Below, in pieces: positions 63,916-64,000 of a stretch of 64,000 nucleotides of DNA. The translations under genes and the position numbers were made by a program. The stretch comes from a virus (Duplodnaviria > Caudoviricetes). The notes beneath the pieces were generated by a model. It worked only from the letters and a program-made list of their open reading frames with translations. It was not told the DNA's origin and did no database searches. Location: positions 6,708-70,707 of the IMG/VR virus record IMGVR_UViG_3300009776_000003. One strand, 5' to 3'. Positions within the stretch are counted from its first letter, which is position 1; the number at the start of each line of letters is the position of its first letter.

Positions 63916-64000
63916 GAAAGTGGGTCGGAGGATTCTTCGATAACTTGGCGGCACGCCCATCCATCCGTAAACGGCGTATTGGTAAAGTACGTTTCAGGAA

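Noticed and set aside
1-64000. Diversity-generating retroelement, retron or alternative genetic code
   Set aside because: No reverse transcriptase or TR/VR pair was seen; core genes are uninterrupted in the standard code and use all three stop codons.

Overview
The window reads as most of the genome of a temperate, short-tailed (podovirus-type) dsDNA phage in its free, attP-intact form. Both ends fall inside minus-strand genes, as expected for a circularly permuted contig. The host is tentatively a Planctomycete; this is inferred from the integrase N-terminus and multiple CsrA genes. Layout from left to right: (1-4.8 kb, minus) HNH nuclease, replication initiator with internal iteron-like repeats, SSB, Sak4-like ATPase, PD-(D/E)XK exonuclease and two tandem CsrA genes. 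(4.8-6.7 kb) Divergent promoters, an attP core matching the 3' half of tRNA-Ala(TGC), and a tyrosine integrase. (7.6-12.7 kb) An eight-gene glycosyltransferase, methyltransferase and deacetylase cluster. (12.8-35.6 kb, plus) Scaffold, major capsid, decoration protein, another GT, terminase, portal, adaptor, nozzle, His-rich tail needle and ejection proteins. (35.6-38.1 kb) NUMOD4-HNH, a serine recombinase and a lone inverted GT2. (38.4-43 kb, minus) An array of small genes separated by TAG...CTA-footed hairpins. (43.2-44.8 kb) A repeat-rich non-coding control region. (44.8-54.1 kb, minus) Many small hypothetical genes, a PAPS-reductase-like gene and a nuclease. (54.2-64 kb, minus) A second virion module of glycoside-hydrolase, LamG and CBM proteins, plus holin-like and thioredoxin genes. 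The most unusual signals are the cassette-like hairpin array, the large glycan-building locus next to the capsid genes, the CsrA paralogues, and a recombinase-type palindrome shared between attP and the non-coding region. All family assignments are from motif recognition by eye; no searches were run.
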